Assembly (NCBI GenBank): GCA_031362565.1
Contig: JANLSU010000101.1
Coordinates: 1 to 64,000, forward strand
Source: a bacterium
GTDB lineage: Bacteria > Krumholzibacteriota > Krumholzibacteriia > G020349025
Reading direction: 5' to 3'
DNA length: 64,000 nt
The position numbers were made by a program, and so were the translations under genes. Shown piece by piece: positions 19,458-29,497 of the stretch. Position 1 is the first letter of the stretch, and each line of letters opens with the position of its first letter. Below the pieces are notes generated by a model that searched no databases, was not told where the DNA came from, and saw nothing but the letters and a program-made list of their open reading frames with translations.

Positions 19458-20975
19458 TCAGCCCTTCAAGGTGGCGAGCGGCCGGACCCGCACCACGGGT
19501 TGTGCAATCTCGAAGCCGCGCATCGTGTCGATGACTTTGCGAATGTCTTTGAACGACCCCGGTGCCTGTTCGCCGATGTTCATCGTGCCGGCGCGGTAGA
19601 GCCGGATTTCGCGCGCCTTCATGTCGGCCTCGACGGCCGCCTCGGACCACTGCGCCATGGCCTCCGGCTTGTCGAGCACCCGCCCGGCGCCGTGGTTGGC
19701 GGAATGGAACGTCGCGGCATTGCCTTCGACGCCGACGCCGACGTACGAGTCGCTGCCCATCGAACCCGGGACCGGAATCGGTTGGCCGGTGTGCGAGAAA
19801 ATCGGATGCCCGGCGCAGCGCGACGGCGGCATCGCGACGTTGGCTCCATGGCGGTGCACCCACAACGGTTCGCCGCCGTGCATTTCCTGTTGAATCGTCA
19901 CATGCGAGCAATCGAACAAGAGCGGCATCGCGAGCGACGGATCGGCGAAGGTCGAGCGCACCGCGGTGCGCAGCGCCTCGGTGATCGCCATCCGGTTCAC
20001 GAAGCCGAAGTTGGCGGCGGCGTACACGGCGCGGATGAAGCGCCGGCCTTGGTACGAGTCGGCTGGAATCGTGAAGAACTGCCGGTGTGCGAACATGAAC
20101 TTCCAGATGAGCGACAGATCCTGCATCGACGGCCGCGCATGACGCAGATGGAATTGCGCCTTGTCCCAATCGAACGCCAGGCGTTCGCCGAAGGCCTCGG
20201 CACGGGCGTGCGTCGAGTAATAACGCATCGTCAGTCCGCCGACGGCGCCGGAGCCGGTGTGCATCATGAAGAGCACCTTGCCGAGCCCAAGTCCCAGCCG
20301 GCGCGCTTTGTCGGGGTCGAGAATTTCGACGATCTCCTGGGCTTCCAGGAAATGGTTGCCGGCGCCCATCGAGCCGAATGCCCGCCGCGCCTTCTTGATG
20401 GCGGCATCCGGCACCGCGTCCATGATTTCGTCCGGATCGATGTCCTGGCCGGCGAACATGCTGCCTTGCCGTTCGATGAAGTCGAGTTCGCCGGCGTCGA
20501 GCCCGAAATGCTCGCGGGCCCAAGTGGCGCCCTCGGTGAGGGCGCGCTTGACGTCCTTCTTCTTCAACACCGCGTCGCGTTGCGGCGGAATCGGCACGGT
20601 GCGTTGTAATTCGGCATACAGGGCGTCCAGCATCGGACCGGTGCAGGCACTCGCCGGCAAGTCGGTCGCCACCATGCGCATGCCGCAATTGAGGCCCTTG
20701 TCGATAGCGAACGGAATGAACCGGTCGCGGGTCGCGAGCACGATGCCCGTCGGGGCCGGATTGCGGCCTTTGTAGTGCACGTCGGGCATCGCCACGATGG
20801 GATGCTCGATGCCGGCAATGCGGGCCATTTGCGTCAGTTCGGCGAGCGCGTTCTGCCCCGGCATGATGTCGGGGGTGACGAAGAGGTGCACCGGCGTGCG
20901 CGCGCCGGCACCCGGCGGCAGCACGATGGGCGACGCCGCGGCCGGGATATTTTCGGTTGTGATGCGGTCGTTCAT
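19458..20975 (-). CDS. rtcB: RtcB-family protein (divergent RNA-ligase homolog)
   Basis: MPDVH, NCGMR, GNHFLE, HTGS, PGSMG, HGAGR and C-terminal LKG motifs; an alternative start at 21002 overlaps the upstream stop. Confidence 0.9.
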   Translation of the reverse strand: MNDRITTENIPAAASPIVLPPGAGARTPVHLFVTPDIMPGQNALAELTQMARIAGIEHPIVAMPDVHYKGRNPAPTGIVLATRDRFIPFAIDKGLNCGMRMVATDLPASACTGPMLDALYAELQRTVPIPPQRDAVLKKKDVKRALTEGATWAREHFGLDAGELDFIERQGSMFAGQDIDPDEIMDAVPDAAIKKARRAFGSMGAGNHFLEAQEIVEILDPDKARRLGLGLGKVLFMMHTGSGAVGGLTMRYYSTHARAEAFGERLAFDWDKAQFHLRHARPSMQDLSLIWKFMFAHRQFFTIPADSYQGRRFIRAVYAAANFGFVNRMAITEALRTAVRSTFADPSLAMPLLFDCSHVTIQQEMHGGEPLWVHRHGANVAMPPSRCAGHPIFSHTGQPIPVPGSMGSDSYVGVGVEGNAATFHSANHGAGRVLDKPEAMAQWSEAAVEADMKAREIRLYRAGTMNIGEQAPGSFKDIRKVIDTMRGFEIAQPVVRVRPLATLKG

Positions 20976-21001
20976 CGGAGTTTCACCTCGGTCTGCAGAC
21001 A

Positions 21002-22072
21002 TCAGGCATTCGCCCCGGCGCCGGCGCGTTCGAGCACCGCACGCACCACGGGATCCACGCCTTGGGTGCGATCGATCCCGATCTCCCAGCGGCCACATTG
21101 CGTGACCAGTGCCCGCAATGTCGCGGCACGGCGCTCGAGCGACTGCGGCACCGGCCAGGCGACATCCAGGGTCGCGGCGAACCAGTGGTAGTCGTTCACT
21201 TCACGCGTCAGCTCGTTGAAGGCGATCAGGAACTGCACGCAGCGGTCGACTTCCAGCGGCCGCACGTAGCTCTGGTGGGTGAAGCGCGGCATGAACAACG
21301 CACTCGCTTCCACCGAGTCGACGACCGCCGAGCGCCGCACGTGGTACACATTCTTGTGATTGGCGCCATCCGGAATCTCGCACGGAGCCAGAATCGCGCG
21401 CCGCGCCCCCAGCAGTTCGACGCTCTGATCGTCGAGCCGGATCGGTTCGTAGCACGAGTAGATGCGCCGGTCGTCGTGGAAGATGAGATTCTCCGACACC
21501 AGCCGGGTACCCTCGTGCGCCAGGAGCGACACGCCGGTCGTCGTCTTGCCGACGCCACCGACGCCGCCAATCACGACCCCGTGGCCGCCGACATCGATGC
21601 CCGAGGCGTGCATCAAATACAGCCCGCGGTAGTGTTCCAGATACCAGGCCATCGGGTGAAACACGAACCAGCTCATCAAGCCGAAGAATTTCTTGTAACG
21701 GTAGTTGGGTTCGGCTTCGACCTTGGCAGCGCGCGGCGCGTACCGGTAGCGCGCCTCGATGTGCAAGTGTTCGCCGTCCATTTGGAAGCGCATCGTCAGA
21801 TTCTTGATCCGCAGCAGGTTCGTCCACACGAGTTCGTTGGGCCCGGCGAGCAGGCGCTTGCCGACGCGGTCGAGCTGGCTCTGGCCCGGAAACTCGAGGA
21901 TGGAGTCGTCGGTGTCCTCGCCCTCGAACCAAGCGACGTGCACTGTCACCTGGGCATCGGCCGCGGTGACGATGTGATCCGGCAGGTGCATGCGCACATA
22001 GTCGAGTAAATCCTCGTATTCCGATTCGATGCGCAGGCGTACGCCCTGCATCTCGACGCAGACGTCCTTCAC
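21002..22072 (-). CDS. HprK-related P-loop NTPase/kinase
   Basis: LMHASGI...GGVGGVGKTT Walker A in an HprK-like context; GTG start overlapping the upstream stop, with AAGGAGG RBS. Confidence 0.75.
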   Translation of the reverse strand: MKDVCVEMQGVRLRIESEYEDLLDYVRMHLPDHIVTAADAQVTVHVAWFEGEDTDDSILEFPGQSQLDRVGKRLLAGPNELVWTNLLRIKNLTMRFQMDGEHLHIEARYRYAPRAAKVEAEPNYRYKKFFGLMSWFVFHPMAWYLEHYRGLYLMHASGIDVGGHGVVIGGVGGVGKTTTGVSLLAHEGTRLVSENLIFHDDRRIYSCYEPIRLDDQSVELLGARRAILAPCEIPDGANHKNVYHVRRSAVVDSVEASALFMPRFTHQSYVRPLEVDRCVQFLIAFNELTREVNDYHWFAATLDVAWPVPQSLERRAATLRALVTQCGRWEIGIDRTQGVDPVVRAVLERAGAGANA

Positions 22073-22692
22073 GCTTTCCTCCTTGGCGGCGCGACCGGGG
22101 CGTAACGATGTTCGATGCACTCCGGATCCGCGCCCGGGCGAATCTCGAGCACGCGGTCGTGCTTGTGCTTGAACGCCAGACATTCTTCCAGGGAGCGGCC
22201 CAAGAGCAGCCCCCACAAGACACGGTTGGTGGCGCGGTGCCCGACGATGAGCACCGTGTCGCCGGCGTAGCACGCGCCGACCTCGGCGACAAAGGGCACG
22301 AGGCGCGCCTGCAGTTCGGCATACGTTTCGCCGCCCGGCGCCCGGAAACCGAGCGGATCGGCCTTGCGCGCCGCCCAGAGCGCCTGCACCGACGGATCGG
22401 GATCGCCCGCCACGTGGCCTTCGAGGCTGCCGTAGGACATCTCGTCCAGTTCGGGGCGGGCCTGTACTTCGAGATGCCGCGCTTGCGCGAGCGGCCGCGC
22501 GGTGTCGCGGGTGCGGCGCAGCGTGCTCGTGTAAATCGCCGCCAGCGGCTCGTCGGCGAGCAACGCCGCCAGTGCCGCCGCGTGCTCGGCGCCGAGCGGC
22601 GACAAGCGCGTGTCGGTACTGCCCTGCAAGCGGTGCTGCAAATTCCACTCGGTCTCGCCATGCCGGGCCAGGAAGATGCGCTTCGGTCTCAT
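22069..22692 (-). CDS. Histidine phosphatase (phosphoglycerate mutase-like) family protein
   Basis: ARHGETEWN, STLRRTRDTA, E..YG..EG, PGGET and VGH motifs. Confidence 0.94.
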   Translation of the reverse strand: MRPKRIFLARHGETEWNLQHRLQGSTDTRLSPLGAEHAAALAALLADEPLAAIYTSTLRRTRDTARPLAQARHLEVQARPELDEMSYGSLEGHVAGDPDPSVQALWAARKADPLGFRAPGGETYAELQARLVPFVAEVGACYAGDTVLIVGHRATNRVLWGLLLGRSLEECLAFKHKHDRVLEIRPGADPECIEHRYAPVAPPRRKA

Positions 22693-23987
22693 GTGCGGCT
22701 CGCTTCCCGCGCCGGCTCGAGGCCGGCAGCGAATTCCAGCACCCGCCGGGCGCGCGCCTTCCAACTGTATTCGGCGACGCTTTGGGCCGCATTCATCACG
22801 AGCCGGGCGGCGCGGCTGCGATCCGAGCGCAGTGCCGCGAGTCCCGCCGCGAGCGCCTCCGGATCGTCCGGCCGCACGAGCCAGGCGTTGTCGTCATGGC
22901 GCAGGATCTCGCGCGTCGACGGCAGGTCGGTGGCAACGATGGGCACACCGGCCCGCATCATCTCGAAGGCTTTGAGCGGCGACGTAAAGTATTCGGCTTC
23001 CACGAATCCCTCGCGCGGCAACGGAATGACGCCGACGCGCGCCCGCGCCATGTACGCCGCGACGCGATGCGGCGCGACCTGGCCTTCGAGGGTGAGCCGG
23101 TCGGTGATGCCGAGTGCCGCGGCCACCGTCTCGACGCGTTGCAAGTCTTCGGAGGTGTTGCCGCCGACGACCGTGAGGTGGGCATCGGGCAGGCGCACGA
23201 GAGCGCGCAGCAGGCCGTCGATCCCCTTCCAGCGATACAACTGTCCCACATACAGGAGATCCAGGTCGCGGCCCGTGTCGTCCAGCGTGCCGGCGATCTG
23301 CATGCGTCCTGTCGCATCGACGGGAATCCGGGTGCCGTTCGGCACTACACAGAGTGGCGCGTGCGCCGGAAAATGTTCCTCGAGCATGCGGCGCGCGTTG
23401 TCCGAAGTGCAGATGATGCCGTCGATTCCGGCATACGTCCGGGCTTCGAGAGCGCGGCGGCGTTCGACCTTTTCTTGGACGACCGGATCCTGGAGCGACC
23501 GGCCGCGTTCTTCCTGGTGGGTCGCCTTGGTGAGAAACGCCAGCTTGTGGACTTCGAACACGGTGCGCAAATCGGCCGGCGGGCGCAGGCCGCGCACCAG
23601 ATCCAGAAGTTCGAGGCCGGCCGGATCGCGCGTCATGAGCACGGTCGGGCCCTTGGAGTGGCGCCGCAGGAAGGTCTGCAAGTAGACGCGGAAGTACGGG
23701 CCGCGCCAGTCGTTGAAATCCGTCGCCAGCGGCAACGACAACGACACGAAACGCAGCCGTGGATGTTCGGCCTCACCGTAGTACGTGAAGCAGTCGCGCC
23801 GCGACGCGGTGAGACGGCGCACCACCAAGAGGACGTCGGCGCCCTCACGCGCCATTTCGAGGCAGGTGTTGAAACTCTGGATCGAATTGGCTTTCGGCGA
23901 CGGGAAGTCAATGCGGCTGAAATACAACACGCGTGGCCGGGTTTGACCGGCGGCCGAAGCCGCCCCTGCTGATTGGCGCTGTGACAT
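22689..23987 (-). CDS. Glycosyltransferase family 4
   Basis: ANSIQ, FEVH, YVGQLYRWKG, FTSPLKAFE and YSWKARA motifs. Confidence 0.92.
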   Translation of the reverse strand: MSQRQSAGAASAAGQTRPRVLYFSRIDFPSPKANSIQSFNTCLEMAREGADVLLVVRRLTASRRDCFTYYGEAEHPRLRFVSLSLPLATDFNDWRGPYFRVYLQTFLRRHSKGPTVLMTRDPAGLELLDLVRGLRPPADLRTVFEVHKLAFLTKATHQEERGRSLQDPVVQEKVERRRALEARTYAGIDGIICTSDNARRMLEEHFPAHAPLCVVPNGTRIPVDATGRMQIAGTLDDTGRDLDLLYVGQLYRWKGIDGLLRALVRLPDAHLTVVGGNTSEDLQRVETVAAALGITDRLTLEGQVAPHRVAAYMARARVGVIPLPREGFVEAEYFTSPLKAFEMMRAGVPIVATDLPSTREILRHDDNAWLVRPDDPEALAAGLAALRSDRSRAARLVMNAAQSVAEYSWKARARRVLEFAAGLEPAREASRT

Positions 23988-24134
23988 GACGGCTCCTGAA
24001 CAATCCGTACGATCGCTCGCCGGCCGAACCGGTTGAGACGAATACGAGGCAACGACGCAGAACCAACGCGGGCGAGCTGGGGTGGCCGGTAGACGGATGT
24101 TCCTCATCGTCCCGACCTGCCGCACGCAACTTCT

Positions 24135-24164
24135 ATTTTAGCTGATGTTTAGGCGTCAGGTCAA
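24135..24164 (-). promoter_or_regulatory. Sigma70-like promoter for the GT-phosphatase-HprK-RtcB-GT-DUF5666 unit
   Basis: TTGACC-N18-TAAAAT on the minus strand in an AT-richer intergenic stretch. Confidence 0.55.
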
Positions 24165-24168
24165 TGTT

Positions 24169-24879
24169 CTACACCGCCTCGTCGGCGGCGGCGGTCTCGA
24201 ACACATAGCCGGCGCCGCGTTGGGTCAAAATCCAACGCGGCGCATCGGGCTCGTCCTCGATCTTCTTGCGGAGACGAGCAATGTGGTTGTCGACGGTGCG
24301 GGTGGTAGGAAACACGTCGTAGCCCCAGATCTCGTTCAGGAGTTGCTCGCGCGACAGCATTTCGCCCCGGTGCTCGATAAAATACGCCAGGATACGGAAT
24401 TCCCGGGTCGAGAGCTCCAGGTCGTGGCCGCCTTTGGTCACCCGCTGGCGTTTGAAGTCGACCTCGATGTCGCCGAACCGGAACATCTCGCGCACCGGTG
24501 CCTTGCCGGCAACCGGCGCCCGCTTCAGCACGGCTTTGATACGTGCCAATAATTCGCGCACGCTGAATGGTTTTGTTACATAGTCGTCTGCCCCCAGCTC
24601 GAGCCCCAGGACCCGGTCGTTCTCGTCGCCGCGCGCCGTCAGCAGGATGATGGGCGTCGTGCGGCCGCTATCGCGCAGGCGTTTGGCGATCTCGAGTCCG
24701 CTCATTCCCGGCAACATGACATCGAGCACCAGGAGCGCGTGGTCGCCATCGCGGGCGCACTCGAATCCCTTCTTGCCATCGGTCGCGGTATCGACCACGT
24801 AGCCCTCGCCCTCCAGTGCGCTGCGTAGGCCTTGCACCAGACTCGGGTCGTCTTCGACCACCAGAATGCGACTCGTCAC
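24169..24879 (-). CDS. OmpR/PhoB-family response regulator
   Basis: ILVVEDD, LDVMLPG, GADDYVTKPF receiver motifs and RTVDNHIARLRKKIE winged HTH. Confidence 0.96.
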   Translation of the reverse strand: MTSRILVVEDDPSLVQGLRSALEGEGYVVDTATDGKKGFECARDGDHALLVLDVMLPGMSGLEIAKRLRDSGRTTPIILLTARGDENDRVLGLELGADDYVTKPFSVRELLARIKAVLKRAPVAGKAPVREMFRFGDIEVDFKRQRVTKGGHDLELSTREFRILAYFIEHRGEMLSREQLLNEIWGYDVFPTTRTVDNHIARLRKKIEDEPDAPRWILTQRGAGYVFETAAADEAV

Positions 24880-27008
24880 GACTTGGCCTCCTCGGGTACG
24901 GACCCAGCGGCGGGCGGCGTCGAATCGGTTGCCGGCTCCGCCGGCAGCCAGACCGTGAACCGCGCTCCACGCCCCGGCGCGCTCTGCACTTCGACCCGGC
25001 CGCCGTGAGCCTCGGCGATCCGGCGCACGAGCGTCAACCCGAGCCCGACACCTTGCCGCGGGCTCGAAAGCCGCTGGTCGACGCGATAGAACTCTTCGAA
25101 GATCCGCTGCTGCTCGGACGGTTCGATGCCGATGCCGCGGTCCTCTACCTGAATCGCCACCGCGGCGCCGCGCCGCAGGACGCGCACCGCGATCCAGCGC
25201 TCGTCTTCCGAGTACTTGACGGCGTTGGTGAGCAGGTTCAGGACCACCTGGCGCAACGCGTCGCGGTCGGCCCGCACTTCCGGCAGATTCGGTTCCACTT
25301 CGACGCTGTAGGTGAAGCCGGCGGCCTCCGCCTGCGGCCGGAAATCCTCCGCGGTCGCGCTGACGAGCGGGCCAATTTCCTCGTACTCGAACTGGAAGCG
25401 GCGCGTGCCGCGCGTGAAATTCGCGAAGTCGAGCACCGCATCGATGAGCCGTTCGAGACGGCCGCACTCGCCGCGGATGACCGCTAACTGGCGCCTCCGC
25501 TCCGTGTCGCCGAGCCGCTCGCCGTTCATTTCGAGCATTTCGGCATACATCCGAATGGACGCCAGCGGGGTGCGCAATTCGTGCGAGACGTTCGACACGA
25601 AGTTGGTCTTGAGACCGGCGAGCCGGCCCTCACGGCGCACCGCGGTCAGCACCAGGACGGCACCGGCGACGATGGTCAGGAGCAGGACGATGATGACGGC
25701 GAGGAAGGCGCGTGTCCGCACATCGACGGCGTTGACGGCGGTGCCGGCGCGCGGCACCACGACGACATTCCAAAACTCGAACGGCTCGCCGAGGTTGGCG
25801 CGCAAGACATCCGGCGTTGCCGAACCCGCGGCCGGCACCGCCGGCACCGCCGCGCCGATCACGTGCCGGCCGGCATCGTCGGTAATCGCCAGTTCCGCTT
25901 CTTGCGACAGCTGCAGTTGCTTCAGGAATCCCGGCAACACGGCCGACGACAAATGCGGCAGGTCGATCACCAATCCGGCGATCCCGGCGATGCGGTTCTG
26001 GTTGGCGCTGGGCAGGAAGCGGTACACGACCAAGAAGGGCTCGGCATCGATGACGTCCGACAAATAGCGCAGGCGCGGCGAGTGCGCTTGTTCGTCGAGA
26101 ACCGCGCGCAGCAAGCGCCGGTCGAGCTTGCGCGCCAAGAACGCATCACCCAAGCGGCGCGGGGCATTCCAGGCCGCGACACGGGCCGCGAGCGCCGCCG
26201 ACACGGACGCCGGCGGGCGCGGCGCGAGCCGCACCACGCCTTCTGCGGCGCGGTCGCGGAAGAATTCGATTTGCGATGGTGCGAGTTCCGAAGCGTGTTC
26301 GAGGGTGGCATCGCCGAGCGCCGCAAACTCGGGCGCCGCCGCCGAATCGTCGAGGGCTTCCAGAGCCCGCGCCGCGATCAGACCCGCCACCAGATCGAGG
26401 GGCTGATTGTCGAAGTCGAATGCATCGGGGTACTCGGACCGCAACCGCCGGGCGGTCGCCAGTGCCTGGCGCGATGCGCCGGATGCGAATTGAGCCCGCG
26501 CCAAGCTGGCGAGGGCGATGGCCCGCAACCGCGGGTTGAGCGCCTTGGACGCGAGGGCCGTGTACTCTGCCACCGCCACGGCGGGATCCTCGTACTCCGC
26601 CGAATCGGCCACCGCGAGCCGGGCCTCGAAGTCGCGCGCTTCGGCGGCGTCCGGGATCGGCAAACGCTGCATCGTGCCGATCCCGCTGCTTTGGCCGTTG
26701 GCCTTTAGAGTGAACGCGGCGCGCACGAAGCGCTCGGCCCGGAGCGCCGAATCTGCGGCCGCGGTGCTATCCGCGGTCAACAAGTCGGACCACGCGACCT
26801 CGAGTTCGGCAAGTTCGTAGTGGACGACGCGCGCCGCGTAATCGCCGTAGCGCTGGTAGTTCTCGAGCACGCGACCGCTCTGCGCGCGGCGCTCGGAATC
26901 GACGGCCCGCAGTGTGAACCATGCGAGCAACAGGCTCGGAATGAACACGAGCCCCAGGAAGGCGGCCACGAGCCGCACCTGCGTGCTCTGCCATCCCCGC
27001 AGTCGCAA
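24876..27008 (-). CDS. Membrane sensor histidine kinase
   Basis: Two TM helices, SHELRTPL H-box, NLLTNAVKY, DRGIGI and GLGL boxes; TTG start with AAGGAG RBS. Confidence 0.94.
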   Translation of the reverse strand: MRLRGWQSTQVRLVAAFLGLVFIPSLLLAWFTLRAVDSERRAQSGRVLENYQRYGDYAARVVHYELAELEVAWSDLLTADSTAAADSALRAERFVRAAFTLKANGQSSGIGTMQRLPIPDAAEARDFEARLAVADSAEYEDPAVAVAEYTALASKALNPRLRAIALASLARAQFASGASRQALATARRLRSEYPDAFDFDNQPLDLVAGLIAARALEALDDSAAAPEFAALGDATLEHASELAPSQIEFFRDRAAEGVVRLAPRPPASVSAALAARVAAWNAPRRLGDAFLARKLDRRLLRAVLDEQAHSPRLRYLSDVIDAEPFLVVYRFLPSANQNRIAGIAGLVIDLPHLSSAVLPGFLKQLQLSQEAELAITDDAGRHVIGAAVPAVPAAGSATPDVLRANLGEPFEFWNVVVVPRAGTAVNAVDVRTRAFLAVIIVLLLTIVAGAVLVLTAVRREGRLAGLKTNFVSNVSHELRTPLASIRMYAEMLEMNGERLGDTERRRQLAVIRGECGRLERLIDAVLDFANFTRGTRRFQFEYEEIGPLVSATAEDFRPQAEAAGFTYSVEVEPNLPEVRADRDALRQVVLNLLTNAVKYSEDERWIAVRVLRRGAAVAIQVEDRGIGIEPSEQQRIFEEFYRVDQRLSSPRQGVGLGLTLVRRIAEAHGGRVEVQSAPGRGARFTVWLPAEPATDSTPPAAGSVPEEAKS

Positions 27009-27040
27009 TGGTTCTCCTTGTCCGCAAATCGGGTGCGCCG

Positions 27041-28207
27041 TCAGCGGTTGTCGTGCCCAGCCGCGATGATGCGCCGGTACAGCGTTTCAAGAGTCGCGGC
27101 GCGGGCGGCGTTCGAAAACGTCGCGACCGCCAATCGGTGGCCATTCCGGCCCAGCTGGCGCGCCTGTGCCGGATCCGCCAGCAGATCCACGATCGCGCGC
27201 GCCAATGCCGGCGCATCGCCCGGCGGTACGAGCCGGCCCGTTTCGCCGTCGCGAACGAGTTCTCGATTGCCACCGACGTCGGTACAAACGACCGGCCGCG
27301 CCATGGCCAAAGACTCGCGCATGACGCCCGACAATCCTTCCCACGCGGTCGCGGATGCACTCACCGATACATCGAGCGCGGCCAGGACATGCGGTACATC
27401 CTGCCGCGGGCCGGTGAAGCGGAGGTGCGATTCGAGCCCTACGCCGTCACGCGCGCCCAATTGGCGCGCCAGCGCTTCGAGACCGGCACGCGCCCCGTCG
27501 GGATCCGGCCCGACGATCGCGAAATAGGTTTCGGGCGCGACGCGCAAGACTTGCGATGCGGCGTCCAGAAACACGTCGTGTGATTTGTAATGGCTGAGTT
27601 TGGCGACCAGACCCACGAGCCGCGCGCCCGCGGTAGCGCCGTTCAACAACTCGCGCCGTACGGCGCTGCCGTCGACGCCCGGATCGAAGCGGTCCGGATC
27701 GTAGCTCCCATAGATGACTTCGATGCGCCCGGCTGGAATGCCCGCCGCTATGAGGACATCGCGGATGTGCGCCGCGACGACGACATGGGCCCGCACCGCC
27801 GGATGCTGCATTTTTTCCACTTCGGCTGCCTGCAACGGCCGGCTCTGGCCGCGGTTCACGACCACGGGTGGCAGTTCCATATCGCGGCACGAACGGAACA
27901 GGGCTTTGTACGTCGCGCGGTGGGTATGGATGACATCGAAGTGTTCCCGGGCCACGAACTCCCGCAGTTCGGAGCACGGTTCCTTCTTGTCGAGCGGCAA
28001 ACGCACCAGCTTCATTCCGGCCCGGGTGACTTGCTCGAGCGTGCCGTCGTGCGGGCTGGGTGCGGTGTGAAACACGCACGTTACATCGTGGCCACGCGCT
28101 TGCAGGCCCCGCGCCAGCAACACCATTTGCACGGCGCCGCCGGATAGGATCTCGGAGTGGTCGGCGAGTTGCAGAATCTTGAGTGGCTGCATCGGCGCCC
28201 TTTTCAT
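27041..28207 (-). CDS. Glycosyltransferase family 4
   Basis: SGGA, KSHDVFL and EGLSGVMRESLA..PVVCTDVGGNRE motifs. Confidence 0.92.
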   Translation of the reverse strand: MKRAPMQPLKILQLADHSEILSGGAVQMVLLARGLQARGHDVTCVFHTAPSPHDGTLEQVTRAGMKLVRLPLDKKEPCSELREFVAREHFDVIHTHRATYKALFRSCRDMELPPVVVNRGQSRPLQAAEVEKMQHPAVRAHVVVAAHIRDVLIAAGIPAGRIEVIYGSYDPDRFDPGVDGSAVRRELLNGATAGARLVGLVAKLSHYKSHDVFLDAASQVLRVAPETYFAIVGPDPDGARAGLEALARQLGARDGVGLESHLRFTGPRQDVPHVLAALDVSVSASATAWEGLSGVMRESLAMARPVVCTDVGGNRELVRDGETGRLVPPGDAPALARAIVDLLADPAQARQLGRNGHRLAVATFSNAARAATLETLYRRIIAAGHDNR

Positions 28208-28249
28208 GACGCGCGGCGCACACCCGAGGGCGACCGCGGGTTGCAGTCT

Positions 28250-29497
28250 TCAGGTGCGGACGATCGACGCGGCATTCTGCTCGGCGATCGTGACGAGGCG
28301 TGTGGCGCAATCGGCAGCGCCGGCTTCGAGCCGCGTCAAGACGCGATGGGCGCGTTTCGCGACCAACGACACTGCCAAATGCCAGAACCAACGGTTCGAC
28401 GCGAAGCGCGGACTGGCGCTGATATAGGCCGAACGGAATGCCGCGACGGCCGATTCCATTTCCCGTTGCGGCCGGCCAAAGACGTAGCCCTTGTAGTAGA
28501 GATGGCTCGCGAAGCGCGCCAGGTCGTACATCGGATCGCCCCAGCACGCGTTGTCGAAGTCGATGAGCCGCGGTACGCCGCCATCGACCAGAAACTGCGC
28601 CGGATGAAAGTCGCCGTGCAAGAGCGCCGGCTCCGGTTCGGGAAACGGCGCTCCCAGCATGGTCACGATGCGCTCGAGCCGCGGCCGCAGGGCCGGGTAT
28701 GCGGCGGCGAGTTCGGCGCTGGCTTCTTCGAAGTGCCGCCACTCGCGCGCGCCGTATGCCACCGTGTCGAGCGCCGAGCGGGTCGAAGCGGCGAGATTCG
28801 TTTCGTGCAGCGTCGCCAGTTGCCGGGCCATCGCCTGCATCACATCACGGGTCAGATGCGGGTCGGGATTCGACCAGAAACCGACGCCGGGAACATGCTC
28901 GAGGACGAGCAGCCGGCGCCCCAGATCGACATTGAGAACGCGCGGCACCGGCACACCGGCCGCCAGCAAGGCGCGCATCACGGCGCCGACCCGTTCGACG
29001 CGGTCATCGTGGTAGAGCTTGGCGATCGTTTCCTCGCCACCATAGCAGCCGGCGAGGACGCAATTCATCGTCGGCACGTAGCTCACCACACTCCATTGCC
29101 CTTCACGCCAGACGTTGGTCAGTTGCTCGAGGCGCGGATCGGCCGGAAAACGCCAGTACACCATGTCGAGTTCGGCGACGAACCCGGTCGGTGCGCCCGG
29201 GCCGCGCTTTTGCAAGCGATCGACATAGCGGCGCAGCGAGCGCGCCGCCGGCAAGAACTCGGCGTAGACATAGTGCGGCCGGCCGTTGTCGGCAGGCTCG
29301 CCTTCCTTCCAGAGCCGGTACAGGACGCGCGTCGACTTTCCCGGTTTGTAGCTGACGCGCTCGATGGCGCAGCGCTCCCACGCCGTGCCGTCGCGCGGCG
29401 GCAAGAAGCGTGTGAAGGCCTCGAGCATGAGTTCGGGCGTCAGCGCGCGCGGCAGCACGGGCAGGTCGAGCACTCCATCCGGCGCCGCGTATCTCAC
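28250..29497 (-). CDS. APH/choline-kinase-like phosphotransferase
   Basis: HGDFHPAQ and LIDFD motifs, GDPMYDLARF. Confidence 0.88.
   Translation of the reverse strand: MRYAAPDGVLDLPVLPRALTPELMLEAFTRFLPPRDGTAWERCAIERVSYKPGKSTRVLYRLWKEGEPADNGRPHYVYAEFLPAARSLRRYVDRLQKRGPGAPTGFVAELDMVYWRFPADPRLEQLTNVWREGQWSVVSYVPTMNCVLAGCYGGEETIAKLYHDDRVERVGAVMRALLAAGVPVPRVLNVDLGRRLLVLEHVPGVGFWSNPDPHLTRDVMQAMARQLATLHETNLAASTRSALDTVAYGAREWRHFEEASAELAAAYPALRPRLERIVTMLGAPFPEPEPALLHGDFHPAQFLVDGGVPRLIDFDNACWGDPMYDLARFASHLYYKGYVFGRPQREMESAVAAFRSAYISASPRFASNRWFWHLAVSLVAKRAHRVLTRLEAGAADCATRLVTIAEQNAASIVRT

Noticed and set aside
18199..20688. 829-aa ORF suggesting an RtcB-GT fusion
   Set aside because: The N-terminal half is an off-frame read-through over the RtcB gene, which has its own stop at 19458; the GT starts at 19449.
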